A DNA stretch of 64,000 nt from positions 46,264 through 110,263 of the forward strand of contig JAUSCZ010000017.1 in the NCBI GenBank assembly GCA_030674475.1, given 5' to 3'. Source of the stretch: Candidatus Omnitrophota bacterium (GTDB lineage: Bacteria > Omnitrophota > Gorgyraeia > Gygaellales > UBA12090). Below are positions 1 through 10,585 of this stretch, one piece after another. The notes under the pieces are model-generated. The model was not told where the DNA came from and ran no database searches. It worked only from the letters and a program-made list of their open reading frames with translations. The position numbers and the translations under genes are program-made. Each line of letters begins with the position of its first letter. Position 1 is the first letter of the stretch.

Positions 1-1
1 C

Positions 2-1228
2 ATGCACCCCATAGGGAACAAAATCCACCCATGATACGTCCTTATAATCATCTCCGAAATGGTCCTTAAATATTTCTGTTCCAGGATACGGAACAAGCTT
101 ATTAAAAAAAGCCAAGGTCGGAGAAATACGACAAGCAAAATCAATAGTTTTATTTATAGTTTCTTTAGTGTCTCCTTTATTGCCAAATATAAAATATGCC
201 TGCGTTCTTAATCCTCCTTTTTTAGCAAGGCCTATCGCGCGCTCAATCTGCTTTATACTATTGGCTTTCCTCATATTTTTGAGAACCACTTCATCTGCGG
301 ACTCTACGCCAAAACCTACACAATAACAGCCGGCCTGCCGCATTAAAGAAAACAATTCGGCATCCACTTTTGCCACCTGGGAAAATGCAAACCATTCTAT
401 CTTTAATTTTGCATTAATAATTTTACGACATGTTTCTTTCGCTCTATTTATATCAAATGTAAAGGTATCATCCTGGATTAAAATATGATTAATTCCATAT
501 TCTTCAACAAGTTGCTTTATCTCTTTCAGAACATTATCCGGACTTCTGGCGCGAAACTTTCCGCCCAAGGTAAGCTTTGACGCACAAAAAGTGCACATAA
601 AAGGACAGCCTCTACTAGTAATTATTGTTGCCGTTTTTCCTTTACGAAAATTAAAAGTATGCGGCCTATAGAGCGTTAAATCTACCAAATCTCGAGCAGG
701 AAACGGCAAACTATCTAAATCTTGAATAGCCTCTCGCGGAGATGTCCTAAATGGCTTATTTTCCTTAAGAAAACAAATTCCTTTGATATTATCTAACGCT
801 TTTATATTTCCCTCTAAGAAGCGGCACAACTCAAGCATGGTAAATTCTCCCTCGCCGATGCAGGTAACATCAAAAGATTGAGGATACTTTTCTAAGATAT
901 ACTCCGGCAAAGAAGAAGCATGTATTCCGCCTAAGGCAATAAAAATATTCATATTTTCTTTAATCAACTTTGCTATCTTAAGGGCATTTTTAAAATCAGG
1001 CGTAGTCGCGCTCATACCCACGAGATCAGGATTAAATAATTTAACCTTCTCCAGAATATCCTGAGAGCTAAAACCCTGCACTTCCGGGTCTAGTATAGAT
1101 ACGACATGTCCATTCTCTCTTAAAAAAGCGGCAATATAACCTAACCCTAAAAGAAAATAATTACCCGCGGCTAATTTCATCGGCCCATAGACGTCTCGAT
1201 ACGGCGCTTTTATTAATAAAACTCTCAT
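2..1228 (-). CDS. B12-binding radical SAM protein (3' end runs off the window)
   Basis: Hand translation from ATG at 1228 (ATGA overlap with upstream stop): MRVLLIKAPY...LGLGYIAAFL; SRGCPFMCTFC (CxxxCxxC) near 580-615. Missing from the ORF track because it is open at the edge. Confidence 0.9.
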   Translation of the reverse strand, partial: MRVLLIKAPYRDVYGPMKLAAGNYFLLGLGYIAAFLRENGHVVSILDPEVQGFSSQDILEKVKLFNPDLVGMSATTPDFKNALKIAKLIKENMNIFIALGGIHASSLPEYILEKYPQSFDVTCIGEGEFTMLELCRFLEGNIKALDNIKGICFLKENKPFRTSPREAIQDLDSLPFPARDLVDLTLYRPHTFNFRKGKTATIITSRGCPFMCTFCASKLTLGGKFRARSPDNVLKEIKQLVEEYGINHILIQDDTFTFDINRAKETCRKIINAKLKIEWFAFSQVAKVDAELFSLMRQAGCYCVGFGVESADEVVLKNMRKANSIKQIERAIGLAKKGGLRTQAYFIFGNKGDTKETINKTIDFACRISPTLAFFNKLVPYPGTEIFKDHFGDDYKDVSWVDFVPYGVH

Positions 1229-1908
1229 CTAAACTTACACCTCAATATAGCCAATAAAGAAGTTATTCCTACTGTCCAATGCAACTTCTTGCCTTCCTGG
1301 TAATTTCTGGGATTATAGGTTATAGGAATCTCTAAAATCTTAAATCTATTCTTAAGAATAGAGGCCGTAAGTTCAGCGTCGAAATCAAATCCAGAACATC
1401 TAAATTGCATATTTTTTATTATTTCAGACTTAAAAACCTTATAGCATGTTTCTATGTCAGTAAGGCGACAGCTAAATAAAATATTCGCTGCCGTCGTTAC
1501 CAGCCTATTGCCTAAGTAACTGATAATATTTGTCTTTCCCCTTCCCCGCAGAAATCTTGAACCGTAAACCACGCTAGCCCTGCCTTCTAAAACCGGCTTT
1601 AACAAAAACGGATAGTCTGCCGGATTTATTTCCAAATCCGCGTCTTGAATTAAAATTATATCTCCGCAAGCTAAAGCAAATCCGGACCTTAAAGCATACC
1701 CCTTGCCATTTCTTTTTTCTTCAAAAAATATTTTTATATCTGTCCGGCGTATTCCTCTTAAGATTTCTCTTGTCCCGTCGGTAGAACAACCGTCAACTAT
1801 AATTATCTCTTTCTTAATTCCTATATCTACCCTATCAATTTTATCCAAGACTTGAAGTAGACTATCTTTTTCATTATAAACCGCCATAACTATTGAAAGT
1901 GTGAACAT
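1225..1908 (-). CDS. GT2 glycosyltransferase, polyprenol-phosphate-sugar synthase (DPM1-like)
   Basis: LSIVMAVYNE, VDGCSTDGT, GKGYALRSG, IQDADLE, LTDIETCYK motifs. Confidence 0.9.
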   Translation of the reverse strand: MFTLSIVMAVYNEKDSLLQVLDKIDRVDIGIKKEIIIVDGCSTDGTREILRGIRRTDIKIFFEEKRNGKGYALRSGFALACGDIILIQDADLEINPADYPFLLKPVLEGRASVVYGSRFLRGRGKTNIISYLGNRLVTTAANILFSCRLTDIETCYKVFKSEIIKNMQFRCSGFDFDAELTASILKNRFKILEIPITYNPRNYQEGKKLHWTVGITSLLAILRCKFR

Positions 1909-1932
1909 TTTTTCTAATATTTATTTCTATAA

Positions 1933-2646
1933 TTACCAAATAATCCTTTTACGGATATATTTATTATTATGCAATTCTTCAAAATGCTGTAATTGCTCCA
2001 GTCCCAGCCAATATTCCTTTATAAGATAGGCGCCTATTGGCTGATTTTTCAATAATAATTTATTTATCAAGTTAGGCATAGTGAAGAATGTATTAGGTGG
2101 CACCTCTTTGATCACGCTTGCTTTAATTATATAAATACCAGCATTTATAATGTTAACTGATACCGGTTTTTCCGTAATTGCCTTAACTACTCCATTTTTA
2201 CTATCAATAAACCCGTAGGGCTTCTCTTCTTTAATCCGCTTAACTCCGATAGTAATCTCATTTTTCTTTCTCTTGTGATAATCCAGCATCTTTAGAAAAT
2301 TCAAATTAGTGAATATATCCCCATTCATTAAAAGGAATGACTCGTCTTTCTTGAATTTTACTTTTTCTTTCAAACACCCCAATGGACCTGCCGTGCCGGA
2401 AGGCTTACTCTCTTCTAAATAAATAATACGCACTCCGTATTGAGAACCATCGCCGCAATACGTCTGAAGCATTTTAGACTTATATCCTACCGCTAACACG
2501 AATTCCCTAAAACCGTTTTTTTTCAATTGGGTTATTATGATTTCTATTATGGGCTTTTCTCCAATAGGCAAAAGCGGTTTTGGTATAGAAAACGTGAATG
2601 GCCTTAATCTTATTCCCATTCCTCCTGCTAATATAACAGCTTTCAT
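1933..2646 (-). CDS. Sugar-phosphate nucleotidyltransferase
   Basis: MKAVILAGGMGIRLRP, PKPLLP, GTAG, NGD, INAGIY. Confidence 0.9.
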   Translation of the reverse strand: MKAVILAGGMGIRLRPFTFSIPKPLLPIGEKPIIEIIITQLKKNGFREFVLAVGYKSKMLQTYCGDGSQYGVRIIYLEESKPSGTAGPLGCLKEKVKFKKDESFLLMNGDIFTNLNFLKMLDYHKRKKNEITIGVKRIKEEKPYGFIDSKNGVVKAITEKPVSVNIINAGIYIIKASVIKEVPPNTFFTMPNLINKLLLKNQPIGAYLIKEYWLGLEQLQHFEELHNNKYIRKRIIW

Positions 2647-3317
2647 TTCTCTACTTTACAGGCTACGAGGTAATTTCCCGGCACAATGAAGCTCCCCATT
2701 TTATATACTTTTTCAATCCTAAAACCACAAGAATAGAGTAATTTATTTATCATTGACCGCGTATAATAGAAATTCGGGCATTTTCTTTTAGCCAGCCAAA
2801 TCATTCTCAGGGGAGTCATTAATGTCCATTTCACAGGAAAAGAAATTATAGCCCTGCCATTAAGGACATTGCGAATCTTAGACAAAAAGGCTTTTGGTTC
2901 ATATATATAGTCAAATATCCCACAAGCAATAACAATATCAAATCGTTTCTCGAAGTTTTTTTTCATGAAATCTGCCATTTCGAATTCGCATAACTTGCTT
3001 AAACCTAAAGCGTCTGCCTTTCTTTGAGCTATTTCAATCATTGAGGCAGACATATCTACGCCTAATACTGACTCCGGTTTTTTTTGGGCCAGATCTACAA
3101 CATATCTTCCTGGGCCGCAACCGATATCAAGGATATTCTTACCTTCTACATTCCCGCATAAATCTATGGTTAATTTCCTGCGTTTTTCCAGTATTGCGTT
3201 GCGAAAAGTAATATCTATAAGCTTATAAAGCCAAAAATCCTGCCCTCCTTCATATACGGCCTCAAAATCAGAAGAAACGCTTTCAAAGTGTTCTAAAACT
3301 TTATCCTCTGCCTCCAA
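2643..3317 (-). CDS. Class I SAM-dependent methyltransferase
   Basis: ILDIGCGPG motif I; GVDMSASMI; FDIVIACG. Confidence 0.88.
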   Translation of the reverse strand: MEAEDKVLEHFESVSSDFEAVYEGGQDFWLYKLIDITFRNAILEKRRKLTIDLCGNVEGKNILDIGCGPGRYVVDLAQKKPESVLGVDMSASMIEIAQRKADALGLSKLCEFEMADFMKKNFEKRFDIVIACGIFDYIYEPKAFLSKIRNVLNGRAIISFPVKWTLMTPLRMIWLAKRKCPNFYYTRSMINKLLYSCGFRIEKVYKMGSFIVPGNYLVACKVEK

Positions 3318-4128
3318 AGAGCACCTCCTCTATGCTTGTAAAATAAAAATCTTTCACCAGTTGCTTAAATTTATCTTCCATCCCATTTATGTTATAATTA
3401 TGGATTATTCTCCATTTTAACTTCATGGATATTTTTGGCTTACCTACATCAATTTCCCAGGGGTGCATATATATAACCGCCGGAATCATCTTTTTATTAA
3501 TATATTTAAGGCCTGATTTGGTAATAAAATACGGCAACGCGCGAAGATAAAATCCACCGCATATGGGCAATCTAAAGCCAAAGATATTTAATACCGAAAG
3601 CGGAAATTCCAATATACCCTTACTTCCCGCTTTATAAATTCTCCTGGGCGCGTCGGGTATCCCATACAAAAAATTCTTCACTGGGAAAATACTCGAATCA
3701 TATTCAAACCCCAGATCAACTAATACATCCAAGGCCCACAGGCAATCTTTTCTAATTGAGAAAAACGGCGCGCGATAGCCTTTTATCTTAGTTTTTGTTA
3801 TTGACTCGATTATGTTCTTGGAACGCAAAACATCATCATAAAATTCATCTTGTGTCTGCGCGTATACAAGACGATGGGAATAACCATGGCTGGCTATTTC
3901 ATGGCCTGCCTGCGCAATCCTGCTTACCAATTTCGGATATTTTTCTGCAACGTAACCCAAAATGAAAAAAGTAGCTTTGGCCCGCGCTGAAGACAATAAT
4001 GCCAGTATTTTTTCTACATTTTGGATTAGGCGGCTTTCATAATTATGCCAATTACTCTGGTCGATCTGCAAAATTCCCTGATACCAATCTTCGATATCTA
4101 AGGATAAAGCGTTTTTTATTCCTGGCAT
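3301..4128 (-). CDS. Polysaccharide deacetylase (DUF3473 subfamily)
   Basis: SLDIEDWY, KATFFILG, HEIASHGYSH, GYRAPFFS, YDSS, GGFYLR, YMHPWE. Confidence 0.92.
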   Translation of the reverse strand: MPGIKNALSLDIEDWYQGILQIDQSNWHNYESRLIQNVEKILALLSSARAKATFFILGYVAEKYPKLVSRIAQAGHEIASHGYSHRLVYAQTQDEFYDDVLRSKNIIESITKTKIKGYRAPFFSIRKDCLWALDVLVDLGFEYDSSIFPVKNFLYGIPDAPRRIYKAGSKGILEFPLSVLNIFGFRLPICGGFYLRALPYFITKSGLKYINKKMIPAVIYMHPWEIDVGKPKISMKLKWRIIHNYNINGMEDKFKQLVKDFYFTSIEEVLFGGRG

Positions 4129-4142
4129 AAATTTAACTTTTC

Positions 4143-5132
4143 CTATATCGCATATTCTTTAGGATTATAAAGCCGCGGATTATCGCGAATAAAATCTACG
4201 GTTATTCTCAGCCCCTGTTGGAATGTATAATTAGGCCTCCAGTTTAATAGTTTGACAGCTTTTGAATTATCGGCCTTCAATCTTACTACTTCGCTTTTCG
4301 AAGGCCGGATACGCTTTGTCTGCTGTATCACTTTTAACTTCCTGCCAACAACCTCACCAATGATACCAACCGCATCACCTATGGAATAATCGCTGCCTGT
4401 ACCAATATTTATAACATTGCCTACGGATTTATCTGATTCGCATACTTTAATAAATCCTTCGACTGTATCCTTTACGAATGTAAAATCCCTGCGCGGGGCA
4501 AGAGAGCCAAGCTTAACATTATCGCCCTTTAACGCCTGGCATATTATGGCGGGAATTACCGCCCGCGCCGACTGCCTGGGCCCATAAGTATTAAAGGGCC
4601 TGATTATGGCCACCGGAAAAGAAAAACTGTAAAAAAAACTTAAGGCGATGGAATCGGCCGCTATTTTACTTGCTGAATAAGGAGATTGCGGTTTTAATCT
4701 GTCTGTCTCTTTTATGGGGACATTATCCGGAGAGCCATACACCTCGCTGGTAGATGTCTGTATAAACTTCTTTACCCCTAAATCTCTTGCTACCGTAAGC
4801 ATGTTTAATGTTCCTACCATATTAGTCATTACCACTTCATGCGGATTTAAATAAGAATAGGGAATCCCAACCAAGGCGGCCAAATTAAACACAGCATCTG
4901 TTCCCTGCATAGCCTTAGCCAGAATGTCCATTTCCCGAATATCGCCAAAATAAATTTCAATATTATCTTTTATCCTTTTGTCTAGAAAGTCAAGATTACC
5001 GAGATTATGGGTGGAATTATACCTAACCAATGCTTTAACTTTGGCGCCCTTCTTAACAAGATCCTCTATCAAATGGCTGCCTATAAATCCTGCCGCCCCC
5101 GTTACTAATACATTTTTATTCTTCAACTGCAT
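4143..5132 (-). CDS. NAD-dependent NDP-sugar 4,6-dehydratase (LegB-like)
   Basis: VTGAAGFIGSHL, LAALVGIPYSY, TSTSEVYG, SPYSASK, RPFNTYGPRQSARAVIP. Confidence 0.88.
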   Translation of the reverse strand: MQLKNKNVLVTGAAGFIGSHLIEDLVKKGAKVKALVRYNSTHNLGNLDFLDKRIKDNIEIYFGDIREMDILAKAMQGTDAVFNLAALVGIPYSYLNPHEVVMTNMVGTLNMLTVARDLGVKKFIQTSTSEVYGSPDNVPIKETDRLKPQSPYSASKIAADSIALSFFYSFSFPVAIIRPFNTYGPRQSARAVIPAIICQALKGDNVKLGSLAPRRDFTFVKDTVEGFIKVCESDKSVGNVINIGTGSDYSIGDAVGIIGEVVGRKLKVIQQTKRIRPSKSEVVRLKADNSKAVKLLNWRPNYTFQQGLRITVDFIRDNPRLYNPKEYAI

Positions 5133-5155
5133 AGCTATACCCCTCTTTTAAGAAA

Positions 5156-6457
5156 TCACCATATTCCGATTTTTTCCGCCATAGCCTTGAAAAATAACTT
5201 TGAATAACCAGAGTTTACGTATAGTAATAAATTAAAAATATACCAGGAAGACAATACAAATGTCACGCCTAATTTAAAATAGTTATTATATAAGTAATTT
5301 ATATATAACGCCATAAAAATTATCAGATACGGCTCAATAGGCAGTCTCGTCCTGGGAACACCCATGATTAATACGGTAATCAATAAAAAATAAATAAACG
5401 GCAAAAGCGGTATTAATGAGAGCCGTGAATATTTTTTACGAAAGGCCAAGGCAATGCCTAAAAAAGACAAAGGAAGCATAAAGGCCGCGGAAAAATTGTA
5501 TGCCCCCTGTTGTCTGAAAGCCACCCAATCAAACACACTGAAAAAATACATAAGTTTTAGCGGAATATATTTATAAAGCTTTGAAGGATCATTCTTGATG
5601 GAAATTAATGTGTGCTTTAATAAAAAATTATTGTATTCCACCTCCGGCTTCCTGGATGCCTCAAGGGTTATATCATCATGGACAGATTTATCCAGCAACT
5701 TGCCTTGCGGAGGGTTATAGGCCGCATAAAGCACTACGCCCGACTCTGTGGCCAAAGGTATGAATTTTTTAAATACAATATAATTTCGCGCTGTCCATAA
5801 AGACATTGGGGTAATAAAGAATAAAAATATGTAAATGATAATTTTACGCAGTTCTTTATATTTTAAAACTAAATGCTTTTTTGTAAAAAATAAATAAATA
5901 ACTGCCATGAATACAAAAAGGAAATAAGCGGAGCGCGTGAGCGTTGCCAAAGCACAGGTCAGTCCGAACATAGCGGCATTGTAACGGGAAGGCCCTTGGC
6001 ATAACTTTAGAAAAAAGAGGATATTTAAAGACAGCCAGAATGTAAACAAATTCTCCGAAAGGATTAATATGCCGTATCTGATAAAAAAATGGTGCAAAGC
6101 CATAAGAATAAAAGCAATAAATGCCACCTGTTTGCCGAAGATTTTCTTGGAAATAAAATATATTATTAAAGCGGTAAATGAACCTAACAGTGCCTCTATG
6201 ATTTTTACGACAAGATAACTATGCCCGAATAAAAAATATACTCCGGATAAAAACATAGGGAATAAAGGCGTTGTATAAGCCGTGGGGTGGCCGTCTTGCG
6301 CACAAAAACCGTTCCCGCTCAATATGGATAAAGCCATTTTGTCATAAATAAGCTCGTCGCCATCAAGCGGCCCGATAGATAGAAAAATAAAAATAAGCCT
6401 TATTAAAAAGGCCAAAACGAAAATAATAATCAATGCCTTGCGCTCTTTCAACATCAT
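5156..6457 (-). CDS. GT-C fold membrane glycosyltransferase (ArnT/PMT-like)
   Basis: Many TM helices; DGDELIY loop after TM1; ILSENLF; WTARNY; PRTRLP. Confidence 0.78.
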   Translation of the reverse strand: MMLKERKALIIIFVLAFLIRLIFIFLSIGPLDGDELIYDKMALSILSGNGFCAQDGHPTAYTTPLFPMFLSGVYFLFGHSYLVVKIIEALLGSFTALIIYFISKKIFGKQVAFIAFILMALHHFFIRYGILILSENLFTFWLSLNILFFLKLCQGPSRYNAAMFGLTCALATLTRSAYFLFVFMAVIYLFFTKKHLVLKYKELRKIIIYIFLFFITPMSLWTARNYIVFKKFIPLATESGVVLYAAYNPPQGKLLDKSVHDDITLEASRKPEVEYNNFLLKHTLISIKNDPSKLYKYIPLKLMYFFSVFDWVAFRQQGAYNFSAAFMLPLSFLGIALAFRKKYSRLSLIPLLPFIYFLLITVLIMGVPRTRLPIEPYLIIFMALYINYLYNNYFKLGVTFVLSSWYIFNLLLYVNSGYSKLFFKAMAEKIGIW

Positions 6458-6475
6458 CTCCTTGGCGATGCTTTA

Positions 6476-7549
6476 TTATGAACTCAAAAAAACTGCCAGC
6501 TTAGGGCTATTGGCATTATAGGAATAAAGCTTTTCTGCTTTCTCCCTGGCATTCTTGCCCATTCTTTCTCTGAGTTTTTTGTCCTTAATTAATATGGAAA
6601 GCTTCTCTATCCATTCCTTTTGCGTCTGGGCCAAAAAACCGGTCAGGCCATCTTCAATAATCTCTTTATTTATGCCTACCGGGGATGCCACAGAAGGGAT
6701 ACCCACAGCCATATATTGAAGCAATTTATACCCGCCTTTGCCGAGGGACCACTCATCGTCACTTAGAGGCATTACCCCTATATCCATACCTTGGAGAGTT
6801 TCCAATTCCCGCTCAAGGATCCACTGGCTAAAATAAATGTTTTTTCCCCAATCCTCTTTGCGAACCTGTGCCCCTATAAGCTTAACGCTCAAATCAACGT
6901 TGCTGTCAGTCAAAACCTTAAATACCTCCTTAAGCGATTCTATATATTTAGTAGAACCAGCGGAACCTATCCATCCGATAACTACTTTTGCGCCATTATC
7001 TTTTTTAAAAGATATGGGCACTAAACGTTGGGTATCTACGGGCGTAGGCAGAACATCTGTATTTTTGTTTATCGCGTAAGATATATTTTTTAGCGCGTTA
7101 TTTGATACTATAACGCGATCAGAAAATGACAAAGTATATTTAAACCGCCTGCCGAATTTTTTTTTATTAAAAATTTGCCTTTTACATGAATCAGCCAGAT
7201 ATATGGCATCATCAAAATCAAAGATAATCTTTTTAGCGAATCGCTTCAAAAACTTTAAAAATAACACCGGGAACAAAACTCTCTGTATAAAAATCACGTC
7301 GTATCCGGCGGCTGTGGACAGATAAAACAAACATTTATAAAATTGATTTATCTTATTAATAATTCTGCCGGTAAAGCCTTTCCTTCTCTCTAAAACGTTA
7401 TCCTGGCAGTCAAGCCGTGTATTATAAGGAATAATCTTTACGCTGAATCCGTCTTTTTCAAGAAAAGGTCTATAATTGTAAACTCTCGTTCTTGAGCTTG
7501 CGGTAATTTCCGTGCCTGTTGTTATAAACAAAACTTTATTATTTGTCAC
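6476..7549 (-). CDS. GT4 glycosyltransferase
   Basis: ASSRTRV, FDFDDAIY, IGWIGS, KGGYKLLQYMAVGIPSVASPVG. Confidence 0.9.
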   Translation of the reverse strand: MTNNKVLFITTGTEITASSRTRVYNYRPFLEKDGFSVKIIPYNTRLDCQDNVLERRKGFTGRIINKINQFYKCLFYLSTAAGYDVIFIQRVLFPVLFLKFLKRFAKKIIFDFDDAIYLADSCKRQIFNKKKFGRRFKYTLSFSDRVIVSNNALKNISYAINKNTDVLPTPVDTQRLVPISFKKDNGAKVVIGWIGSAGSTKYIESLKEVFKVLTDSNVDLSVKLIGAQVRKEDWGKNIYFSQWILERELETLQGMDIGVMPLSDDEWSLGKGGYKLLQYMAVGIPSVASPVGINKEIIEDGLTGFLAQTQKEWIEKLSILIKDKKLRERMGKNAREKAEKLYSYNANSPKLAVFLSS

Positions 7550-7621
7550 TTTATGGCTTCCAAGGTAACAGTCATCGCGCCAGCCGCGTTTATAAGACGG
7601 CGGCGTATATATTTTTTAGAC

Positions 7622-9124
7622 TCACTCATTGCCTTCGCCTTTAACATAAGATTCTTTTATTAATGATAATACGGACGTCTTCTTATTTACATATATAACA
7701 AGGGGAATACATGCCAAAATAAAAAATATACCTTTTAAAAATACCACATAACAATCATGCGTTAAATTATTACCCTTACTCGCAATGAATACTCTAAGAG
7801 ACATTAAAACAATAACTACCCACAAAAACGGAAAGTATAATTGAAAGAAAAATTTTATATGCGCGAATATATTTTTCGTGTAGTGGCTAAAGGCATAAGA
7901 CATAAGCAATGTGGTATATAAAAAATAAGTGATAGATGTCGCGATCGCGGCTCCGATAATGCCTAAATGAAATATTTTGATAAAAATATAATTAAGAGGA
8001 AAACCCAAACAAATACCAATAACCCCTATGACCACCATATAAATTTGTTTATTTAAAGCAATCAATAAATAGGCAGGCATATTTACCAGCGCTAAAAATG
8101 ATGAGCCCAGAAGCAAAAGATAAGCCGGCGCTATCCCTGGCTTATAAGCCGGCAACATATAATTTATAAGCAAAGGAAGGGCCAGGATAGCAAAACCTAT
8201 CAGAATAGGGAAAAAATAGGCAAACACCAATGTCGGATTAATAAATAATTCCTTTATTTTATGTATACTTTGCTTCTCCCCGTAAGCCTGATAAAATCTG
8301 GGAAAAATAACCGCATAAATTAAATTCGGCACCTGAACGGCATAAACGCTAGCCATTAAAGCAATAGTGTAAAACCCGAGGCTTTCCCTATCCAATAACC
8401 TGATAATCATAATTCTATCCACATTTCTCAAGGTCAGGTAAATAAAACCCATTATAAAGATTGGAAAACCTATCTTAAGTAAACGGATGATTTCCTGATA
8501 AGGAAAATAAAGAATAAATCTCAAGTCTTGCCTGCTGGCCCTATAAAAATAAACCAGCCCCATCCCGAACGACAGTACGCTGGCCCAGAGAAGCCCAAAT
8601 AAACCGAATTTAATCGTCAAAAAAATCTTTATGCCTATATCAAAAATAGCGACCAATATAGTGTTTATGCTAATTACGGAAAAATTATGCTTTGCCCGGT
8701 TTAAAACAGTATAAAAAGAATTCAACAATTGCAACGCGACCATAAACATTACCACATATAATCCAGACGCGAACATAACATCGCCTTTAAATCGCAGCAC
8801 AATAGACGCGATAAATAAAACGATACTTATAAAAACAGAGATTATTATGCAAAAGCTAAACCCTATGTTCCGCAGCAGCTTAACCTTATCATAATTTTTA
8901 GTGCCGTAAAGATAGGGGAGCTCTCTATCCAATGAATCAATTATTCCAAAATGTGAATATCTCGCGTAATCAAAAACTAACAGTATCTCATTAAAAAGCC
9001 CCATTGCGGCGGGGCGTAAAATATGACGCACCGCGACACCGGTAATAAAATTCAGGATATTCGCGAAAATATTACTTGTAGAATAAAAAACCGCGTCCCT
9101 GAAGAATTTTCTTGTTTTTCCCAT
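7622..9124 (-). CDS. wzx: Oligosaccharide flippase (Wzx/MOP family)
   Basis: About 12-14 TM segments; VDRIMI, LGFYTIA, GIIGAAIAT. Confidence 0.85.
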   Translation of the reverse strand: MGKTRKFFRDAVFYSTSNIFANILNFITGVAVRHILRPAAMGLFNEILLVFDYARYSHFGIIDSLDRELPYLYGTKNYDKVKLLRNIGFSFCIIISVFISIVLFIASIVLRFKGDVMFASGLYVVMFMVALQLLNSFYTVLNRAKHNFSVISINTILVAIFDIGIKIFLTIKFGLFGLLWASVLSFGMGLVYFYRASRQDLRFILYFPYQEIIRLLKIGFPIFIMGFIYLTLRNVDRIMIIRLLDRESLGFYTIALMASVYAVQVPNLIYAVIFPRFYQAYGEKQSIHKIKELFINPTLVFAYFFPILIGFAILALPLLINYMLPAYKPGIAPAYLLLLGSSFLALVNMPAYLLIALNKQIYMVVIGVIGICLGFPLNYIFIKIFHLGIIGAAIATSITYFLYTTLLMSYAFSHYTKNIFAHIKFFFQLYFPFLWVVIVLMSLRVFIASKGNNLTHDCYVVFLKGIFFILACIPLVIYVNKKTSVLSLIKESYVKGEGNE

Positions 9125-9134
9125 TTTTAATTGC

Positions 9135-10565
9135 CTATTTACTTCTGGCGAGCATTTTTGAAGAGAGCATCCCTACCGTAGATATGAACCCTTCTTCTCT
9201 TAGATGCTGTTTTACCATAACATATCTTCTTTGCCAATTCTCCACAAATTCAGAAATACAAAACATAATACCCAAATTCCGGCGCGCGGTCATCTCCGCT
9301 ATCTTTTTCATCTCTACTAATTCATTATCCGAGAAATCTGTCAAATTAACTAAAAATGTCGTCCGCATTTCACCTAAACTTTCTAAATACCTATCCTCGT
9401 CATGCCTAAGCCTGCCCATCGTCTTTGCGATAGAGTATAACTCTGTACCTGGATATGGCGTAGCATAGAAGAAACGATAAATAGGAAGGCGCGTCCTTTT
9501 TATAAAATCAAGCGTCTCTTTTATTGTTTCTTTCGTTTCTCCCGGCATACCGAAAATAAACGAACCGGATAATTTTATCCCTGCTTTACGCGTCATTTCT
9601 ATAGCTTCTTTTGCTTGCTTCACCAAAACGCGTTTTTTCATCCTGTCTAACGCTGTCTGCGCTCCGCTTTCAAAACCGTAACTAAGCTCAACGCAACCGG
9701 CCTTACGCATCTTCATAAGCAAACTCTCATTTACCAAATTTACCCTTCCGGAAGCAGACCATTTTATATTTATCTCTTGCGCCAACATCAAATCGCAAAA
9801 TTCCATCACTTTCTTTTCATTAATCAGAAACAGATCGTCTGAAAAATTTATGAAATTAACATTGAATCTGAGTTTTAACTGTTTGATTTCTTCAACGATG
9901 CTCTTTGCAGACCTTGAATACACGTTCCTCCCAAATGGATGAGAACAAAACGTACACTCATAAGGGCATCCCCTAACAGAAGATATGTTCATTTGACGCA
10001 GGCCAAAGCTAGTTGACGAAATAATTGAACCATTTAAATAAACTTCTACCGGAAATAAATCCCAGGCTGGAAAAGGAAGTTCATCCAAATTGGCTATCCT
10101 TTCTCTGCTGGAAGTCCTAACTATATTGCCGTTATCTTTATAAAAAATACCCCTGACATTCCTTAAGCTTCCATTGCATTTTATTGTATGCGCCAAATCC
10201 TTAACCGTCAGCTCCCCTTCGTCTATAACCGCTATATCAACATGGCTATTGGATAGCAATAATTCGGGATGAGCGGTTGAAACCATATTACCGGCTATTA
10301 TGCGGGAATTAGGTTTATATTCTTTAATCAGAGCCGCCAGCCACTTTACGTATTTATACGTAGAGCTCAAGCCCCCGATACCTGCAATGTCAAAATCGCT
10401 GTCCCGTACTACACGCTCAACTTCATCTTCAGAATAACCAAATCCATTAATATCTAAAACGCTTACGTCAAAACCATCCCCCCTAAGAACACTGGCTATA
10501 TAACCTAAGCCTATTGGAAATGTGGTCGGTAATCTGCATTTGGGATTAATTAGCAATATACGCAT
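9135..10565 (-). CDS. B12-binding radical SAM protein (class B methyltransferase-like)
   Basis: PIGLGYIAS; RGCPYECTFC; GFESG; FIFGMPGET; PYPGTELY. Confidence 0.92.
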   Translation of the reverse strand: MRILLINPKCRLPTTFPIGLGYIASVLRGDGFDVSVLDINGFGYSEDEVERVVRDSDFDIAGIGGLSSTYKYVKWLAALIKEYKPNSRIIAGNMVSTAHPELLLSNSHVDIAVIDEGELTVKDLAHTIKCNGSLRNVRGIFYKDNGNIVRTSSRERIANLDELPFPAWDLFPVEVYLNGSIISSTSFGLRQMNISSVRGCPYECTFCSHPFGRNVYSRSAKSIVEEIKQLKLRFNVNFINFSDDLFLINEKKVMEFCDLMLAQEINIKWSASGRVNLVNESLLMKMRKAGCVELSYGFESGAQTALDRMKKRVLVKQAKEAIEMTRKAGIKLSGSFIFGMPGETKETIKETLDFIKRTRLPIYRFFYATPYPGTELYSIAKTMGRLRHDEDRYLESLGEMRTTFLVNLTDFSDNELVEMKKIAEMTARRNLGIMFCISEFVENWQRRYVMVKQHLREEGFISTVGMLSSKMLARSK

Positions 10566-10585
10566 ATGTCTATTTATAATAACTT